From Akkermansia muciniphila (lineage in GTDB: Bacteria > Bacillota > Clostridia > Oscillospirales > CAG-272), in the NCBI GenBank assembly GCA_963611795.1, contig CAVDSZ010000001.1, positions 211,501 to 275,500 on the forward strand: a DNA stretch of 64,000 nucleotides, read 5' to 3'. The notes under the pieces were generated by a model. The model saw only the letters and a list, made by a program, of their open reading frames with translations, did not search any database and was not told the origin of the DNA. Each line of letters opens with the position of its first letter. The stretch's first letter is position 1. This document shows positions 18,739-34,649 of this stretch, in pieces. The translations under genes were made by a program, and so were the position numbers.

Positions 18739-18980
18739 AACCAAAAAGACCTCTTCAGTAAATAATCCGGCAAGCAGGTTGCCATAATGAATCCATCACT
18801 TATTATATATCACTCCGCCCCGACTTGCAAGGGGGTTCACCGTTTTTCGCGGCGAGGGCGGTGCACACCCCGATTTTTCCGGGCAATTTTTCTGTTTTTC
18901 GACACCGACTTGCTTTTTACGCGGGACACGGTTACAATAGAGGTGTACCGTCGGCACAGACCGGATAGGGAGGGATTTCT

Positions 18981-19721
18981 ATGGAGACTTTTTCCGCAAT
19001 TGCCATGATTTTTATTATCGGCGGCGCCCTCGGGTATTTGCTCGAATTGTTTTATCGCCGCGCCCGCCACGGCAAGTGGATCAACCCGGGCTTTCTCTCC
19101 GGACCGTTCCTGCCGCTTTACGGCGTGGGAACGTTGCTCCTTTTCGGCATCTGTTCGCTCGGCGATGCGACGCTTGCCACGACCCCGTGGGGGAAGGTGC
19201 TTTTAATCCTCCTCATCACCGTCGCCATGACGCTGGCGGAACTGGTGACGGGGCTCATCTTCGCCGAGGGCATGAAGGTGCGGCTGTGGGACTATTCCGG
19301 TCTCTGGGGCAACTTTCGCGGGATTATCTGCCCGTTGTTCTCCCTCATCTGGGGTGCAATCGGCGCACTGTACTATTTCGTGCTGCACCGCCACCTCGTT
19401 ACCGCCGTGGCGTGGCTGCGCGACAATCCTTTTGATACGTTCATTGTCGGTATGTTCTTCGGAATCTTCCTCGTCGACCTCTGCTATTCGTTCCATGTCG
19501 TGACGCTCCTGCGTGCTCTCGCAAAGAAGACACAGTCTGTCATCGGCTTCGAGCCCCTTAAAGTGCGTATGCGCGTCCGCGCAAAGCGCCTGCACAGCAA
19601 GAGCCGCTTCCTCTTCCCGTTCCGCAACGTGCGGGAAGTGGAGGACGCCGTATCGGAAGAGCAGGGAAAAACGGAGGAGAACGCCTCCGCCACCGACGAG
19701 ACCGCTGCGGAAACCAAGTAA
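18981..19721 (+). CDS. membrane protein, DUF1113 / putative ABC-transporter type IV (PF06541-like)
   Basis: GGALGYLLELFYRR...INPGFLSGPFLPLYGVG matches that family's N-terminal signature. 4-5 TM helices and a charged tail. Confidence 0.55.
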   Translation: METFSAIAMIFIIGGALGYLLELFYRRARHGKWINPGFLSGPFLPLYGVGTLLLFGICSLGDATLATTPWGKVLLILLITVAMTLAELVTGLIFAEGMKVRLWDYSGLWGNFRGIICPLFSLIWGAIGALYYFVLHRHLVTAVAWLRDNPFDTFIVGMFFGIFLVDLCYSFHVVTLLRALAKKTQSVIGFEPLKVRMRVRAKRLHSKSRFLFPFRNVREVEDAVSEEQGKTEENASATDETAAETK

Positions 19722-19813
19722 AAACCTGCGCGAAACCGAATGAGAAGAGCCTCGCCCCAAACGGGAACAAGACATTTGCGCGCCGTCGTCGTCGCAGAAT
19801 GATGCAGAATATG

Positions 19814-19847
19814 AAACAGGAGCACGAAAAATCGTGCTCCTGTTTTT
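19814..19847. terminator. bidirectional terminator
   Basis: AAACAGGAGCACGA-AAAA-TCGTGCTCCTGTTTTT. Confidence 0.7.
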
Positions 19848-19880
19848 CATTGCGTGGCTTGCAGAACGCGGACTTTGCCG

Positions 19881-21212
19881 TCAGGCGTTTTCCTGCGGAA
19901 TCTCGATATCAAGCTCTTTCTCGATGAACGCACCCTCGGCGCGGAGCGTCGATTGAATCTCGGCGACGGAGGCGTCTTTTACGGTCGTACCGTTTTTGTT
20001 TGCGATGGCGGCGGCAACGCCCGCCGCCTCACCGAGCGTGGCGGCGTAGGGAATCACGCGGTAGGACGCCTGCGCCTCGTGGGTCGAGGAAATACATCTG
20101 CCGGCGACGAGGAGGTTGGCGCTCCCTTTCGGCACAAGGCAACGATAGGGAATCGTGTAGTAGGTATAGGGTTTGAAGAAATAGTGCGTCGTACCCGAGC
20201 CCTCCGGGTTGTGAATATCGATATCGTAGTTGCAGGCGGCAATCCCGTCATCAAACTTGCGGCAGGCGAGCAAATCTTTCTGCGTAAGTGTATACTCTCC
20301 GTCAATCATGCGCGATTCGCGAATTCCGATGTGGGTCGCCGTGGACAGCAGGACTGCCTTCTCGAGCCCGGGCACGTTTTTCCGCAGGAAACGGAACATT
20401 TCGAATACCTGTTCGCGGACCTCCTCCTCTGCCCGGGACAGGTCAAAGGGATCGGTGGGATTACGTTTGATAATTCTCGTCGTATTGAAGTGGAGAACGG
20501 AGGGAGACGTGGTGTCAAATACCAAGACGTCCTCACGGGGATTGGTAATTTCCCCGCGTGCTTTCGCTTCACGATATAACTGTTGCATCAGTTTCCGGTT
20601 CTTTCCGAATGTTTCGAGATCCACGTCACCGATACGGAAACAAAGGGTCATCGGCTGGCACAGATGATCACCGTCGCGCCCGAGGTGCGTCGGAAAACCG
20701 GCTTGATAAGCCACGTCGGCGTCGCCGGTGCAGTCAATGTACTGATCCGCCGTAAACGTGAGCATTTCCGTACCCGCAGAAACGCGGATCGAATGAATCT
20801 TGCCCTCCGATGCGTCACAATCCAAAAACCGAGCATGGAAAAGCACGTCGACGCCCGCTTCCCGCGTCATGCGGGAAAGCAGTATCTTCATATATTCGCC
20901 GTTGAAATAGAAAAGAGGAAGTTTGTTGAAACGGGCGTCCTCTCCCTCCAGTTCCTCCGTCAGCGCGACGAGTCTCTCGGTGATTTCGCCAAAGATGCCG
21001 CGAGCGAGCATCACACGGGGCTTACCCGGCTTCTCGGGTCCGATCGGCGTAAAATATTCCATAAAAGGAAGTACCAACATATGATTGATAGCGCCGCCAA
21101 GTGCATTGCCTTCTTCAATAATGAGCGTTTTTTGTCCGAGCCTCGCTGCGGCAATGGCCGCAGCAACACCGGCGGGGCCACCGCCGATGACGATTACCTG
21201 ATATTGATTCAT
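19881..21212 (-). CDS. FAD-dependent oxidoreductase (PF12831-like), paralog of 9021-10244
   Basis: YQVIVIGGGPAGVAAAIAAARLG and AGRCISS...LGEAAGVAAAIA. Start trimmed to MNQYQV (complement of 21210-21212), behind GGAGG. The 81-codon extension in the track lacks an RBS. Confidence 0.7.
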   Translation of the reverse strand: MNQYQVIVIGGGPAGVAAAIAAARLGQKTLIIEEGNALGGAINHMLVLPFMEYFTPIGPEKPGKPRVMLARGIFGEITERLVALTEELEGEDARFNKLPLFYFNGEYMKILLSRMTREAGVDVLFHARFLDCDASEGKIHSIRVSAGTEMLTFTADQYIDCTGDADVAYQAGFPTHLGRDGDHLCQPMTLCFRIGDVDLETFGKNRKLMQQLYREAKARGEITNPREDVLVFDTTSPSVLHFNTTRIIKRNPTDPFDLSRAEEEVREQVFEMFRFLRKNVPGLEKAVLLSTATHIGIRESRMIDGEYTLTQKDLLACRKFDDGIAACNYDIDIHNPEGSGTTHYFFKPYTYYTIPYRCLVPKGSANLLVAGRCISSTHEAQASYRVIPYAATLGEAAGVAAAIANKNGTTVKDASVAEIQSTLRAEGAFIEKELDIEIPQENA

Positions 21213-21641
21213 AGATGCCTCCAAGCCTAAGGTTTCATAACCGCATTGTAGCACAAACAGACGGGAAAGTAAAGGTGCTGTAATGATTTTTGCCGTCTTT
21301 TTAACGATTGTCCGCCAATGCCTTTTCGGCAACCAGGGGCGTAAAGTTATCCTAAAAATAAGCGCGCACAGGCACGCGTACACGTATAAGGCATTTTTTG
21401 CGCGGTGTCCCCACGCCGAATGCCGTCGCCGCGGTACCGTCGAGGGAATATACACGCCAAAATCGCGAAACGAAAAAAAGTAAACAATCTGTAAATTGTG
21501 AAGTTAATTGTTAAAAAATCGTAAATTATTAACCTCCGATTTTCCAAAATGTGTGTGCGCAGAGGCTTCATGCAGGGGAGGGGGAATTCGGCAGAGCGGA
21601 GAAAAACACAAAAAAATTTTGTGTAATATTATTAAAAAGAC

Positions 21642-21670
21642 TTGACAACTCTGCACGCGTGTGATAAAAT
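21642..21670 (+). promoter_or_regulatory. rpoB promoter candidate
   Basis: TTGACA, 17-nt spacer, TAAAAT with an extended TG (TGATAAAAT), about 170 nt upstream of the rpoB ATG. Confidence 0.5.
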
Positions 21671-21840
21671 TCATTCTCGCATCGGCACGCGATTCCTCAC
21701 ATTTTCCCGACATCGCGTCCGTTTTCTTTTTCACGCGCACGCACCCGTTAAGGGGGATTATGCGCTTTTACGCACACGCGCGTGGGATGGCCGCTCCGGC
21801 GGCACCCGATTTTGTTATTTTTGAGACTGGAGTTGAATGT

Positions 21841-24800
21841 ATGCTGAAACTACCGCCATGCAAGACCGAGAGAAAGAGTTTCTCCCGCATTAAGACAGTC
21901 GCTGAAATGCCCGATTTGATTGCCGTTCAGACCGAGTCTTTCAAGTGGTTTCTTGATGAGGGGCTCCGCGACGTGCTGCACGATGTGTCGCCTGTCGTGG
22001 ACTACAGCGGGAAACTGGTCGTCGAGTTTATCGACTATACTCTCGACAGCCACGCCAAGTACACGATTGAGGAGTGCAAGGAAAGAGACGCGACGTATGA
22101 CGTGCCTCTTCGCGTGCGCGTCCGCCTGACCAATAAGGAGACCGGCGAGGTCAAGGAGTCCGAGGTCTATCTCGGCAACTTCCCGATGATGACCGCCACG
22201 GGGTCCTTCGTCATCAACGGTGCGGAGCGCGTGATTGTCTCCCAGCTCGTGCGTTCCCCGGGCATCTATTTCCCGGCGGCGGTGGTGGACAAGGCAGGGC
22301 ACCACTCTTTCACGTCCACGGTAATCCCGTACCGCGGCGCATGGCTCGAATATGAGACCGACGCGACCGACGTCCTGTACGTCAAGATCGATAAGACGAG
22401 AAAACTTCCGGCGACGGTGCTGCTCCGCGCGCTCGGCATCGAAACCAACGAGGCGATTCTCGCCATGTACGGTGACGAGCCGATTCTGACGGCGACGTTC
22501 GGCAAGGACGAGTGCGGCGTGCTCGCACAGGAGAACAACTCCTCCGAGCGTGACGAGGCTCTCAAGGAAATCTACAAGAAGTATCGTCCGGGTGAACCGC
22601 CGCTTGTCGAGAGCGCGGAACTCGCCCTCAACAACCTGTTCTTCGATCCGAAGCGGTATGACATTTATCCCGTCGGTCGGTACAAGTTCAATAAGAAACT
22701 GGCGCTCGCCGCCCGTATCCGTGACACCTATCTTGCGGAAGCGGTCGTCAGCCCCCTGACCGGTGAGGTCATCGCGGAGGCAGGCGCTTATGTGAAGCGC
22801 GAGCTCGCACAGGCGATTGAGGACAGCACGGTCAACCGTGTGGTCGTCTGCAAAAAGCCGGGTGAAAAGGCGATTGTCGTGTTCTCGAACCATACGGTTC
22901 GCCCCGAGCTCATCCTCGGCGACAATCTCGCGGATTGCGGCATCGACGGCAAGGTGCGCGAGTCCGTGCTACGTGAGATTATGGATACCTGTGAGGGTGA
23001 CCTCGACGCGATTAAGGAGCAGGTGAAACTCCGCCGCGATGAACTGTCTCCCCGCCATATCACGAAGGACGATATTTTCGCGTCCGTCAACTATTTGCTC
23101 AACCTCTATCACGGCATCGGTCAGTTCGACGATATCGACCACCTCGGCAACCGTCGTCTGCGCTGTGTCGGTGAACTGCTCCAGAACCAGCTCCGTATCG
23201 GTATGTCCCGTATGGAGAAGAACATCAAGGAGCGTATGTCCGTCCATGATACCGAGGATATGACGCCGCAGTCGCTCATCAACACGCGCCCGGTGTCCAC
23301 CGCGATCCGCGAGTTCTTCGGCTCCTCGCCGCTCTCGCAGTTCATGGATCAGAACAACCCCCTGGCGGAACTGACGCACAAGCGCCGCCTCTCCGCGCTC
23401 GGCCCCGGCGGTCTTTCCCGTGACCGTGCGGCGTTTGAGGTCCGTGACGTCCACTATACGCATTACGGCAGAATGTGCCCGATTGAGACGCCTGAAGGTC
23501 CGAACATCGGTCTTATCTCCTATCTCGCGACCTATGCGAAGATTTCGAAGTACGGCTTCCTCGAAGCACCCTACCGTATCGTCGACAAGGCGACCGGCAG
23601 AGTGACGGACGAGGTCGTGTACATGACCGCGGACGAGGAGGACAACAACATTATCGCGACGGCGAACGAGCCGCTCGACGAGAACGGCTACTTCGTCAAG
23701 CAGCGCGTCATTGCACGTGACGAGGCGGAGATTATCGAGGTGGATCGCTCGCAGGTCGACCTGATGGACGCCTCGCCGAGAATGGTCGTCTCGGTCGCGA
23801 CCGCGATGATTCCGTTCCTTGAAAACGACGATAACACCCGAGCCCTCATGGGTTCCAACATGCAGAAGCAGGCAGTCCCGCTGATGGTCACCGAGGCACC
23901 GATTGTCGGTACCGGTATGGAGTACAAGGCGGCTGTCGACTCCGGCGCCGTCATCTGCGCCAATGCCGCCGGTATTGTCGACCGCGTGACGTCCGATGAG
24001 ATTACCATTCTCACCGACGAGGGGAGAAAGGACGTTTACCACCTGACGAAGTTCAAGCGGAGCAACCAGGACACCTGTATCAACCAGCGCCCGATCGTCG
24101 ATGTCGGCGAGCGTGTGGAAGAGCATCAGGTCATTGCCGACGGCCCCGCGACCTCCGGCGGTGAGATTTCCCTCGGCCGTAACGCCCTCATCGGCTTCAT
24201 GACGTGGGAGGGTTACAACTACGAGGACGCCGTTCTGCTGAACGAGCGGCTGGTCCGGGAGGATATGTACACCTCCATTCATATTCAGGAATATTCGATT
24301 GAGACGCGTGACACCAAGCTCGGCCCGCAGGAAATCACCCGCGAGATTCCGAACGTCGGTGACGACGCGCTGAAGGATTTGGACGCCGACGGTATCGTCA
24401 AGATCGGCACGTATGTGCGGGCGGGCGATATCCTAATCGGTAAGGTCACGCCGAAGGGCGAGACCGATCTGACCCCCGAGGAGAGACTGCTCCGTGCCAT
24501 TTTCGGTGAGAAGGCGCGCGAGGTGCGTAACTCCTCCAAGGTGCTGCCGCACGGCGAGAGCGGTATCGTTGTGGACGTCAAGATTTTTGACCACACCAAC
24601 TCCGATGACCTCGCCCCCGGCGTCAACAAAGTTGTCTGCGTCTATGTCGCACAGAAACGTAAGATTTCCGTCGGCGACAAGATGGCAGGCCGTCACGGTA
24701 ACAAGGGTGTCGTTTCCCGTATTCTCCCGCCGGAGGATATGCCGTTCCTCGCGGACGGTACGCCTCTCGATATCGTGCTGAACCCGCTGGGCGTTCCTTC

Positions 24801-25755
24801 CCGTATGAACATCGGGCAGGTTCTGGAGATGCACCTCGGTATCGCCGCCCGTCGCCTCGGTTACAAGGTGGCGACGCCCGTCTTCGACGGCGCGAACGAG
24901 CGCGATATCATTGAGCAACTGCAGCTTGCGGATTACTCCCGCGAGATTCTGCCGGGCGAAGCCGTGAAGGGGAAAGCCCTCTTCATCGAGACGGTGGACG
25001 CCGACGGCAGACGCGATTTGCAGAGAGTCGATGACTCGATTGTCAACGATGACGAGAAGCTGCAGGCGCTCATGGCGGAGAACACCGTGCGTATCATTGA
25101 CGGTAAGCAGATTCTGTATGATGGCAGAACCGGCGAGCCGTTCGATAACCCCGTTACGGTCGGTATCATGTACTACCTCAAGCTTCACCACCTGGTCGAC
25201 GATAAGATTCACGCCCGTTCGATCGGTCCGTACAGTGTCGTGACGCAGCAGCCTCTCGGCGGTAAAGCCCAGTTCGGCGGTCAGCGTTTCGGCGAAATGG
25301 AAGTTTGGGCGCTCGAAGCATACGGTGCCGCCTACACGCTGCAGGAAATTCTGACGGTCAAGAGCGACGACGTCGTGGGCAGAACCAAGACGTATGAAGC
25401 AATCGTCAAGGGCGAGAATGTCCCGACGCCGGGCATTCCCGAATCCTTCAAGGTGCTCGTGAAGGAACTGCAGTCCCTCGCGCTGAACATTCAGGTACTT
25501 GATAAAGACGGTCAGGAGATCGAACTCTCCGATCTCATTGATGACGAACCCGCGCGCCCGATGATGCCTTACCGCGGCGACAAGCGCCGCGAGGACGAGG
25601 CGTTCTTCGAGGAAGGGGAGACTCCCTCTGATGAAGAGGAACTCGGCGACGCAGGCTACGAGGTGGTCGATGACGACTATATGCCGGACGACACCGATGC
25701 AGACGCATACGGTGCCGACGACGGAGCCGATGACTACGACGATCTCGATTCGTAA
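21841..25755 (+). CDS. rpoB: DNA-directed RNA polymerase subunit beta
   Basis: Unmistakable RpoB sequence ([79 protein letters not shown]). Start set to ATG 21841 (MLKLPP...), behind GGAG. Confidence 0.97.
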   Translation: MLKLPPCKTERKSFSRIKTVAEMPDLIAVQTESFKWFLDEGLRDVLHDVSPVVDYSGKLVVEFIDYTLDSHAKYTIEECKERDATYDVPLRVRVRLTNKETGEVKESEVYLGNFPMMTATGSFVINGAERVIVSQLVRSPGIYFPAAVVDKAGHHSFTSTVIPYRGAWLEYETDATDVLYVKIDKTRKLPATVLLRALGIETNEAILAMYGDEPILTATFGKDECGVLAQENNSSERDEALKEIYKKYRPGEPPLVESAELALNNLFFDPKRYDIYPVGRYKFNKKLALAARIRDTYLAEAVVSPLTGEVIAEAGAYVKRELAQAIEDSTVNRVVVCKKPGEKAIVVFSNHTVRPELILGDNLADCGIDGKVRESVLREIMDTCEGDLDAIKEQVKLRRDELSPRHITKDDIFASVNYLLNLYHGIGQFDDIDHLGNRRLRCVGELLQNQLRIGMSRMEKNIKERMSVHDTEDMTPQSLINTRPVSTAIREFFGSSPLSQFMDQNNPLAELTHKRRLSALGPGGLSRDRAAFEVRDVHYTHYGRMCPIETPEGPNIGLISYLATYAKISKYGFLEAPYRIVDKATGRVTDEVVYMTADEEDNNIIATANEPLDENGYFVKQRVIARDEAEIIEVDRSQVDLMDASPRMVVSVATAMIPFLENDDNTRALMGSNMQKQAVPLMVTEAPIVGTGMEYKAAVDSGAVICANAAGIVDRVTSDEITILTDEGRKDVYHLTKFKRSNQDTCINQRPIVDVGERVEEHQVIADGPATSGGEISLGRNALIGFMTWEGYNYEDAVLLNERLVREDMYTSIHIQEYSIETRDTKLGPQEITREIPNVGDDALKDLDADGIVKIGTYVRAGDILIGKVTPKGETDLTPEERLLRAIFGEKAREVRNSSKVLPHGESGIVVDVKIFDHTNSDDLAPGVNKVVCVYVAQKRKISVGDKMAGRHGNKGVVSRILPPEDMPFLADGTPLDIVLNPLGVPSRMNIGQVLEMHLGIAARRLGYKVATPVFDGANERDIIEQLQLADYSREILPGEAVKGKALFIETVDADGRRDLQRVDDSIVNDDEKLQALMAENTVRIIDGKQILYDGRTGEPFDNPVTVGIMYYLKLHHLVDDKIHARSIGPYSVVTQQPLGGKAQFGGQRFGEMEVWALEAYGAAYTLQEILTVKSDDVVGRTKTYEAIVKGENVPTPGIPESFKVLVKELQSLALNIQVLDKDGQEIELSDLIDDEPARPMMPYRGDKRREDEAFFEEGETPSDEEELGDAGYEVVDDDYMPDDTDADAYGADDGADDYDDLDS

Positions 25756-25826
25756 TCCCCGCCCTATCAAAAGAGAAAGAGAGGAACGGTACGCCCCCGA
25801 GAAAACGGGGCAACACCTTGAATAAT

Positions 25827-29561
<3,735 letters not shown>

Positions 29562-29630
29562 AACCTTCCGTTTTCGGCAAATATACCCCTGTGCCGTGTG
29601 GGATTTTTCACGGAAAAAGCGCGGATATAC

Positions 29631-29660
29631 TTGACAAAAGATTGCCGATAATGGTAAAAT
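29631..29660 (+). promoter_or_regulatory. rpsL operon promoter candidate
   Basis: Consensus TTGACA, 18-nt spacer, TAAAAT, about 120 nt upstream of rpsL. Confidence 0.5.
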
Positions 29661-29781
29661 ACCTTGTAATGTTCTGTGAAGGTGTCGTAAGACGCCTTCG
29701 CGGGCGTTCACAAAGATTCTGACATAGGGGTTCCCCTATTGAAGGATAGACATTTTAAATTTTGAAAGAAGGAGGAAGAGT

Positions 29782-30198
29782 ATGCCAACCTTTAACCAAC
29801 TCGTGAAACAGGGTCGTTCCGAAAAGCGCTACAAATCCAAGGCGCCCGTGCTGCAGAAGACTGTCAACACGCTGAAGAACGTCTCGGTCGAACAGAGTGC
29901 GCCCCAGAAGAGAGGCGTGTGCACGAAGGTGACGACGACCAGCCCGAAGAAGCCGAACTCCGCTCTGCGTAAGATTGCGAGAGTCCGTCTGACGAACGGC
30001 ATGGAAGCAACCACCTACATCCCCGGTATCGGTCATAACCTGCAGGAACACTCTGTGGTTCTGATCCGCGGCGGACGTGTGCGTGACCTGCCTGGCTGCC
30101 GTTATCATATCATCCGCGGCACGTTGGACGCGCAGGGTGTGGCGAACCGTATGCAGGGTCGTTCCAAGTACGGTGCCAAGAGGCCCAAGAAGAAGTAA
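29782..30198 (+). CDS. rpsL: 30S ribosomal protein S12
   Basis: [12 protein letters not shown]...[10 protein letters not shown]...[21 protein letters not shown]. Confidence 0.97.
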   Translation: MPTFNQLVKQGRSEKRYKSKAPVLQKTVNTLKNVSVEQSAPQKRGVCTKVTTTSPKKPNSALRKIARVRLTNGMEATTYIPGIGHNLQEHSVVLIRGGRVRDLPGCRYHIIRGTLDAQGVANRMQGRSKYGAKRPKKK

Positions 30199-30257
30199 TA
30201 TTCCTATCTCAGAATATTACGGATTGTGCTGTCACCACCTGTGGGAATGAAATTTAG

Positions 30258-30824
<567 letters not shown>

Positions 30825-30859
30825 TCACTCGTTAGGACAAGTAAAGGAGACACAAGTCA

Positions 30860-32983
30860 ATGCCAAGAGAATATTCGCTTGAGCACACAAGAAATATCGG
30901 TATCATGGCACACATCGATGCCGGTAAGACCACTACGACCGAGCGTATCTTGTTCTACACGGGTAAGACCCATCGAATCGGGGAAGTGCACGACGGTGCG
31001 GCTACCATGGACTGGATGGTGCAGGAGCAGGAGCGCGGTATCACGATTACGTCTGCCGCGACCACGTGCTTCTGGACGCCCACCCGTTTCCATGACGATC
31101 CCGCTGCGGCAAAGGCGAACACCTGCCGTATCAACATTATCGACACCCCCGGCCACGTTGACTTTACCGTCGAGGTGGAACGTTCCCTGCGTGTTCTGGA
31201 CGGTTCTGTGACCGTCTTCTGCGCGAAGGGCGGCGTCGAGCCCCAGTCGGAGACTGTGTGGCGCCAGGCGGACAAGTACCATGTTCCGCGTATGGCATAC
31301 GTCAACAAGATGGACATCACCGGGGCGAACTTCTTCCGCGTGGTGGACATGATGAAAGAGAGACTGCACGCGAACGCTGTGCCGATTCAACTCCCAATCG
31401 GGAAGGAATCGGACTTCCGCGGTATCGTCGACCTGATGACCATGGAAGCGGACGTGTACTACGATGATCTCGGTAAGGATATGCGCGTGGAGCCGATTCC
31501 GGAAGACCTGCGCGAAAAAGCCGAGGAATACCACAATGCGATGATCGAGGCGATTGCCGAAACCGACGAGGCGCTTTTCGAGAAGTATTGCGGCGGTGAG
31601 GAGATCACGATTGATGAACTGAAAGCGGCGCTCCGCCGTGCCTGCATCAACAACGAAATCGTCCCTGTCATCTGCGGTACCTCTTACAAGAACAAGGGCG
31701 TGCAGAAACTGCTCGATGCTGTCATCGACTATATGCCTGCCCCGACCGATATCCCCGCTATTAAGGGTATCAACCCCGATACCGGTGAGGAAGACGAGAG
31801 ACGCGCGTCTGACGACGAGCCTTTCTCCGCACTCGCATTCAAGATTGCGACCGACCCGTTCGTCGGGAAGCTTTGCTTCTTCCGTGTGTACTCCGGTGTG
31901 CTGGAAAAGGGCACCGCAGTGCTGAACTCTACCAAGGGTAAGGAAGAGCGTCTCGGCCGTATTCTGCAGATGCACGCAAACGATCGGAAGGATATTGATG
32001 TCGTCTATGCGGGCGATATCGCCGCCGCTATCGGTGTGAAGAACACGACGACGGGCGACACCTTCTGCGATGAAGATCACCCGATTATCCTCGAATCCAT
32101 GGAATTCCCGGAGCCCGTTATCCGCGTGGCAATCGAGCCGAAGACCAAGGCAGGACAGGAGAAAATGGGTATCGCACTTGCCAAGCTGGCTGAGGAGGAC
32201 CCGACCTTCCGTACCTACACGGACGAGGAGACCGGGCAGACCATTATCGCCGGTATGGGTGAGCTGCATCTGGAAATCATCGTCGACCGTTTGCTCCGCG
32301 AGTTCAAGGTGGAAGCCAACGTCGGTAACCCGCAGGTTGCCTACAAGGAGACCATTCGCAAGAAGGTCGACCACGAGTGCAAGTACAAGCGGCAGTCCGG
32401 CGGTTCCGGTCAGTACGGTCATGTCAAAATCATTCTCGAACCCAACGAACCCGGTAAGGGTTATGAGTTCATCAATGCTGTCACGGGCGGTGCGATTCCG
32501 AAGGAATTCATCGAGCCTGTCAACCAAGGTATCCAGGGCGCTATGCAGAGCGGTGTCCTCGCAGGTTACAACGTCGTTGACGTGAAGGTCACGCTGTACG
32601 ACGGTTCTTACCACGAGGTCGACTCCTCCGAAATGGCGTTTAAGATTGCCGGTTCTATGGCATTCAAGGAAGCAATGCGTAAAGCGGATCCCGTTCTGAC
32701 CGAGCCGATTATGAAGGTGAGTGTCACGACGCCCGACGATTATCTCGGGGACGTCATCGGTGACATCTCCTCCCGCCGCGGTTCGATCGAATCCATGGAG
32801 CCCGTTTCCGGCGGTCAGATGGTCATCGCCTCTGTCCCGCTTGCCGAAATGTTCGGCTACGCGACCGCTCTCCGTTCCCGTACCCAGGGTCGTGGTGTCT
32901 ACACCATGGAGCCCAGCAAGTTCGCGGAAGTGCCGAAGAGCATTCAGGACGAGATCATCAAGGCTCGCAACGCGAAAGCGTAA
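30860..32983 (+). CDS. fusA: elongation factor G
   Basis: [28 protein letters not shown] and a full-length 707-aa EF-G. Confidence 0.97.
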   Translation: MPREYSLEHTRNIGIMAHIDAGKTTTTERILFYTGKTHRIGEVHDGAATMDWMVQEQERGITITSAATTCFWTPTRFHDDPAAAKANTCRINIIDTPGHVDFTVEVERSLRVLDGSVTVFCAKGGVEPQSETVWRQADKYHVPRMAYVNKMDITGANFFRVVDMMKERLHANAVPIQLPIGKESDFRGIVDLMTMEADVYYDDLGKDMRVEPIPEDLREKAEEYHNAMIEAIAETDEALFEKYCGGEEITIDELKAALRRACINNEIVPVICGTSYKNKGVQKLLDAVIDYMPAPTDIPAIKGINPDTGEEDERRASDDEPFSALAFKIATDPFVGKLCFFRVYSGVLEKGTAVLNSTKGKEERLGRILQMHANDRKDIDVVYAGDIAAAIGVKNTTTGDTFCDEDHPIILESMEFPEPVIRVAIEPKTKAGQEKMGIALAKLAEEDPTFRTYTDEETGQTIIAGMGELHLEIIVDRLLREFKVEANVGNPQVAYKETIRKKVDHECKYKRQSGGSGQYGHVKIILEPNEPGKGYEFINAVTGGAIPKEFIEPVNQGIQGAMQSGVLAGYNVVDVKVTLYDGSYHEVDSSEMAFKIAGSMAFKEAMRKADPVLTEPIMKVSVTTPDDYLGDVIGDISSRRGSIESMEPVSGGQMVIASVPLAEMFGYATALRSRTQGRGVYTMEPSKFAEVPKSIQDEIIKARNAKA

Positions 32984-33061
32984 CAGCAAATTCAACCCCC
33001 GCGTACCAGGGTACGCGTTTCACAACGAAAAACAAAATTATATCTATGGAGGATATTTACA

Positions 33062-34264
33062 ATGGCAAAGGCAAAGTTTGAACGCACCAAGCCCCATGTC
33101 AACATTGGTACCATCGGTCACGTTGACCACGGTAAAACCACTCTGACTGCCGCAATCACGAAGTACCTCTCTCTCGGCAACGACTCGATCGAGTTCATGG
33201 CATATGATCAGATCGATAACGCTCCCGAGGAAAGAGCTCGTGGTATCACGATCAACACCCGTCACGTCGAGTATGAGACTGCAAACCGTCACTACGCGCA
33301 CGTTGACTGCCCCGGCCACGCCGACTATGTCAAGAACATGATTACCGGTGCGGCTCAGATGGACGGCGCTATCCTCGTCGTTGCAGGTACCGACGGTCCT
33401 CTGCAGCAGACCCGTGAGCACGTGCTGCTCGCTCGTCAGGTTGGCGTTCCTGCCATCGTCGTCTTCATGAACAAGTGCGACATCGCAGACGAAGAACTGC
33501 TTGACCTCGTCGAGATGGAGATTCGTGACCTCCTGAACGAGTACGACTTCCCGGGCGATGACGTTCCGATCATCCGCGGCTCTGCCCGTGTTGCTCTGGA
33601 ATCCACCAGCAAGGATCCGAACGCTCCCGAGTATGCTTGCATTAAGGAACTGATGGATGCAGTTGATAACTACATTCCGACGCCTGCTCGTAACGACGAC
33701 CTGCCGTTCCTGATGCCTGTCGAGGACGTCTTCTCTATCTCCGGCCGTGGTACGGTTGCTACCGGTCGTGTGGAGAGAGGTGTCGTTAAGATGAACGAGA
33801 CCGTTGAGATCGTTGGTCTCTCCGAAGAGAAGAAGAGCACCGTTGTCACCGGTATCGAAATGTTCCACAAGCTCCTTGATTCCGCTGAGGCAGGCGACAA
33901 CGTCGGTCTGCTCCTCCGTGGTATCCAGAAGAACGAGATCGAAAGAGGTCAGGTCCTCTGCAAGCCGGGCTCCATTCACCCGCACACCAAGTTCGTTGGC
34001 CAGGTTTACGTTCTGACCGAGAAGGAAGGCGGCCGTCAAAAACCGTTCTTCGCCGGCTACAGACCGCAGTTCTACTTCAGAACGACCGACGTTACCGGTG
34101 TCATCAGCCTGCCTGAGGGTGTTGAAATGTGCCGCCCCGGCGACCATGTCAACATGACCGTCGAGCTGATTACGCCTATCGCTATCGAGACCGGTCTGCG
34201 TTTCGCTATCCGTGAGGGTGGCAGAACCGTTGGTTCCGGCGTCGTTTCCGAAATCATCGCGTAA
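33062..34264 (+). CDS. tuf: elongation factor Tu
   Basis: [44 protein letters not shown]. Confidence 0.98.
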   Translation: MAKAKFERTKPHVNIGTIGHVDHGKTTLTAAITKYLSLGNDSIEFMAYDQIDNAPEERARGITINTRHVEYETANRHYAHVDCPGHADYVKNMITGAAQMDGAILVVAGTDGPLQQTREHVLLARQVGVPAIVVFMNKCDIADEELLDLVEMEIRDLLNEYDFPGDDVPIIRGSARVALESTSKDPNAPEYACIKELMDAVDNYIPTPARNDDLPFLMPVEDVFSISGRGTVATGRVERGVVKMNETVEIVGLSEEKKSTVVTGIEMFHKLLDSAEAGDNVGLLLRGIQKNEIERGQVLCKPGSIHPHTKFVGQVYVLTEKEGGRQKPFFAGYRPQFYFRTTDVTGVISLPEGVEMCRPGDHVNMTVELITPIAIETGLRFAIREGGRTVGSGVVSEIIA

Positions 34265-34277
34265 GGTTTTACCCGTG

Positions 34278-34309
34278 AGACGCACGCCCCCGGGCGTGCG
34301 TCTTTCTTA
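34278..34309 (+). terminator. tuf terminator
   Basis: AGACGCACGCC / GGCGTGCGTCT stem followed by TTCTT. Confidence 0.65.
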
Positions 34310-34419
34310 TATTTCCGCGCGGCTTCGGCATTCCGTGATGCCTATGTTTCGGCTTGACCGCCAAATGCGTCCGACGGATACGGTTGCCGCGTCGAAACAC
34401 AACTGCATAGACTGATTTT

Positions 34420-34546
34420 AAATTATCTTGGGGTTTGGTGCAATTCCATACCGGCGGTGATGCCCTTCGGGGACGAGTCCGCGAGCGTGAGCCGATGAGG
34501 TGCGATTCCTCAACCGACGGTACAGTCCGGATGAAAAAGATACGAC
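34420..34546 (+). promoter_or_regulatory. FMN riboswitch (RFN element)
   Basis: P1 is TATCTT (34424-34429) paired with AAGATA (34537-34542). The conserved RFN cores GGGGTTTGGTGCAATTCCATACCGGCGGT, AGTCCGCGAGC, GATGAGGTGCGATTCCTCAACCGACGGTACAGTCCGGATG are all present. It sits upstream of an ECF S-component gene. Confidence 0.9.
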
Positions 34547-34649
34547 AAAACCCCGCCATTTTCGGTGGCGGTCACGCGCTTTACGTGACTACCTCCGCAC
34601 GGTGGGATTTTTGTTTTTCGGGAGAGCCCGCTCCCGGGAAAGATGCAAA

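Noticed and set aside
21661-21840. N-terminal extensions offered by the ORF track: rpoB from 21661, ribU from 34500, FAD oxidoreductase to 21455, dapL from 59208, L-serine dehydratase from 4453, TetR to 11987.
   Set aside because: The extensions overlap promoters, a riboswitch or the preceding gene, lack an RBS, and are not part of the conserved protein N-termini. Internal starts with Shine-Dalgarno sequences fit better.
25510-25752. Acidic C-terminal tail of RpoB (...DDEPARP...[31 protein letters not shown]) as a novelty.
   Set aside because: B. subtilis and other Firmicute RpoB proteins also end in an acidic, poorly conserved tail. This one is somewhat longer but not qualitatively unusual.
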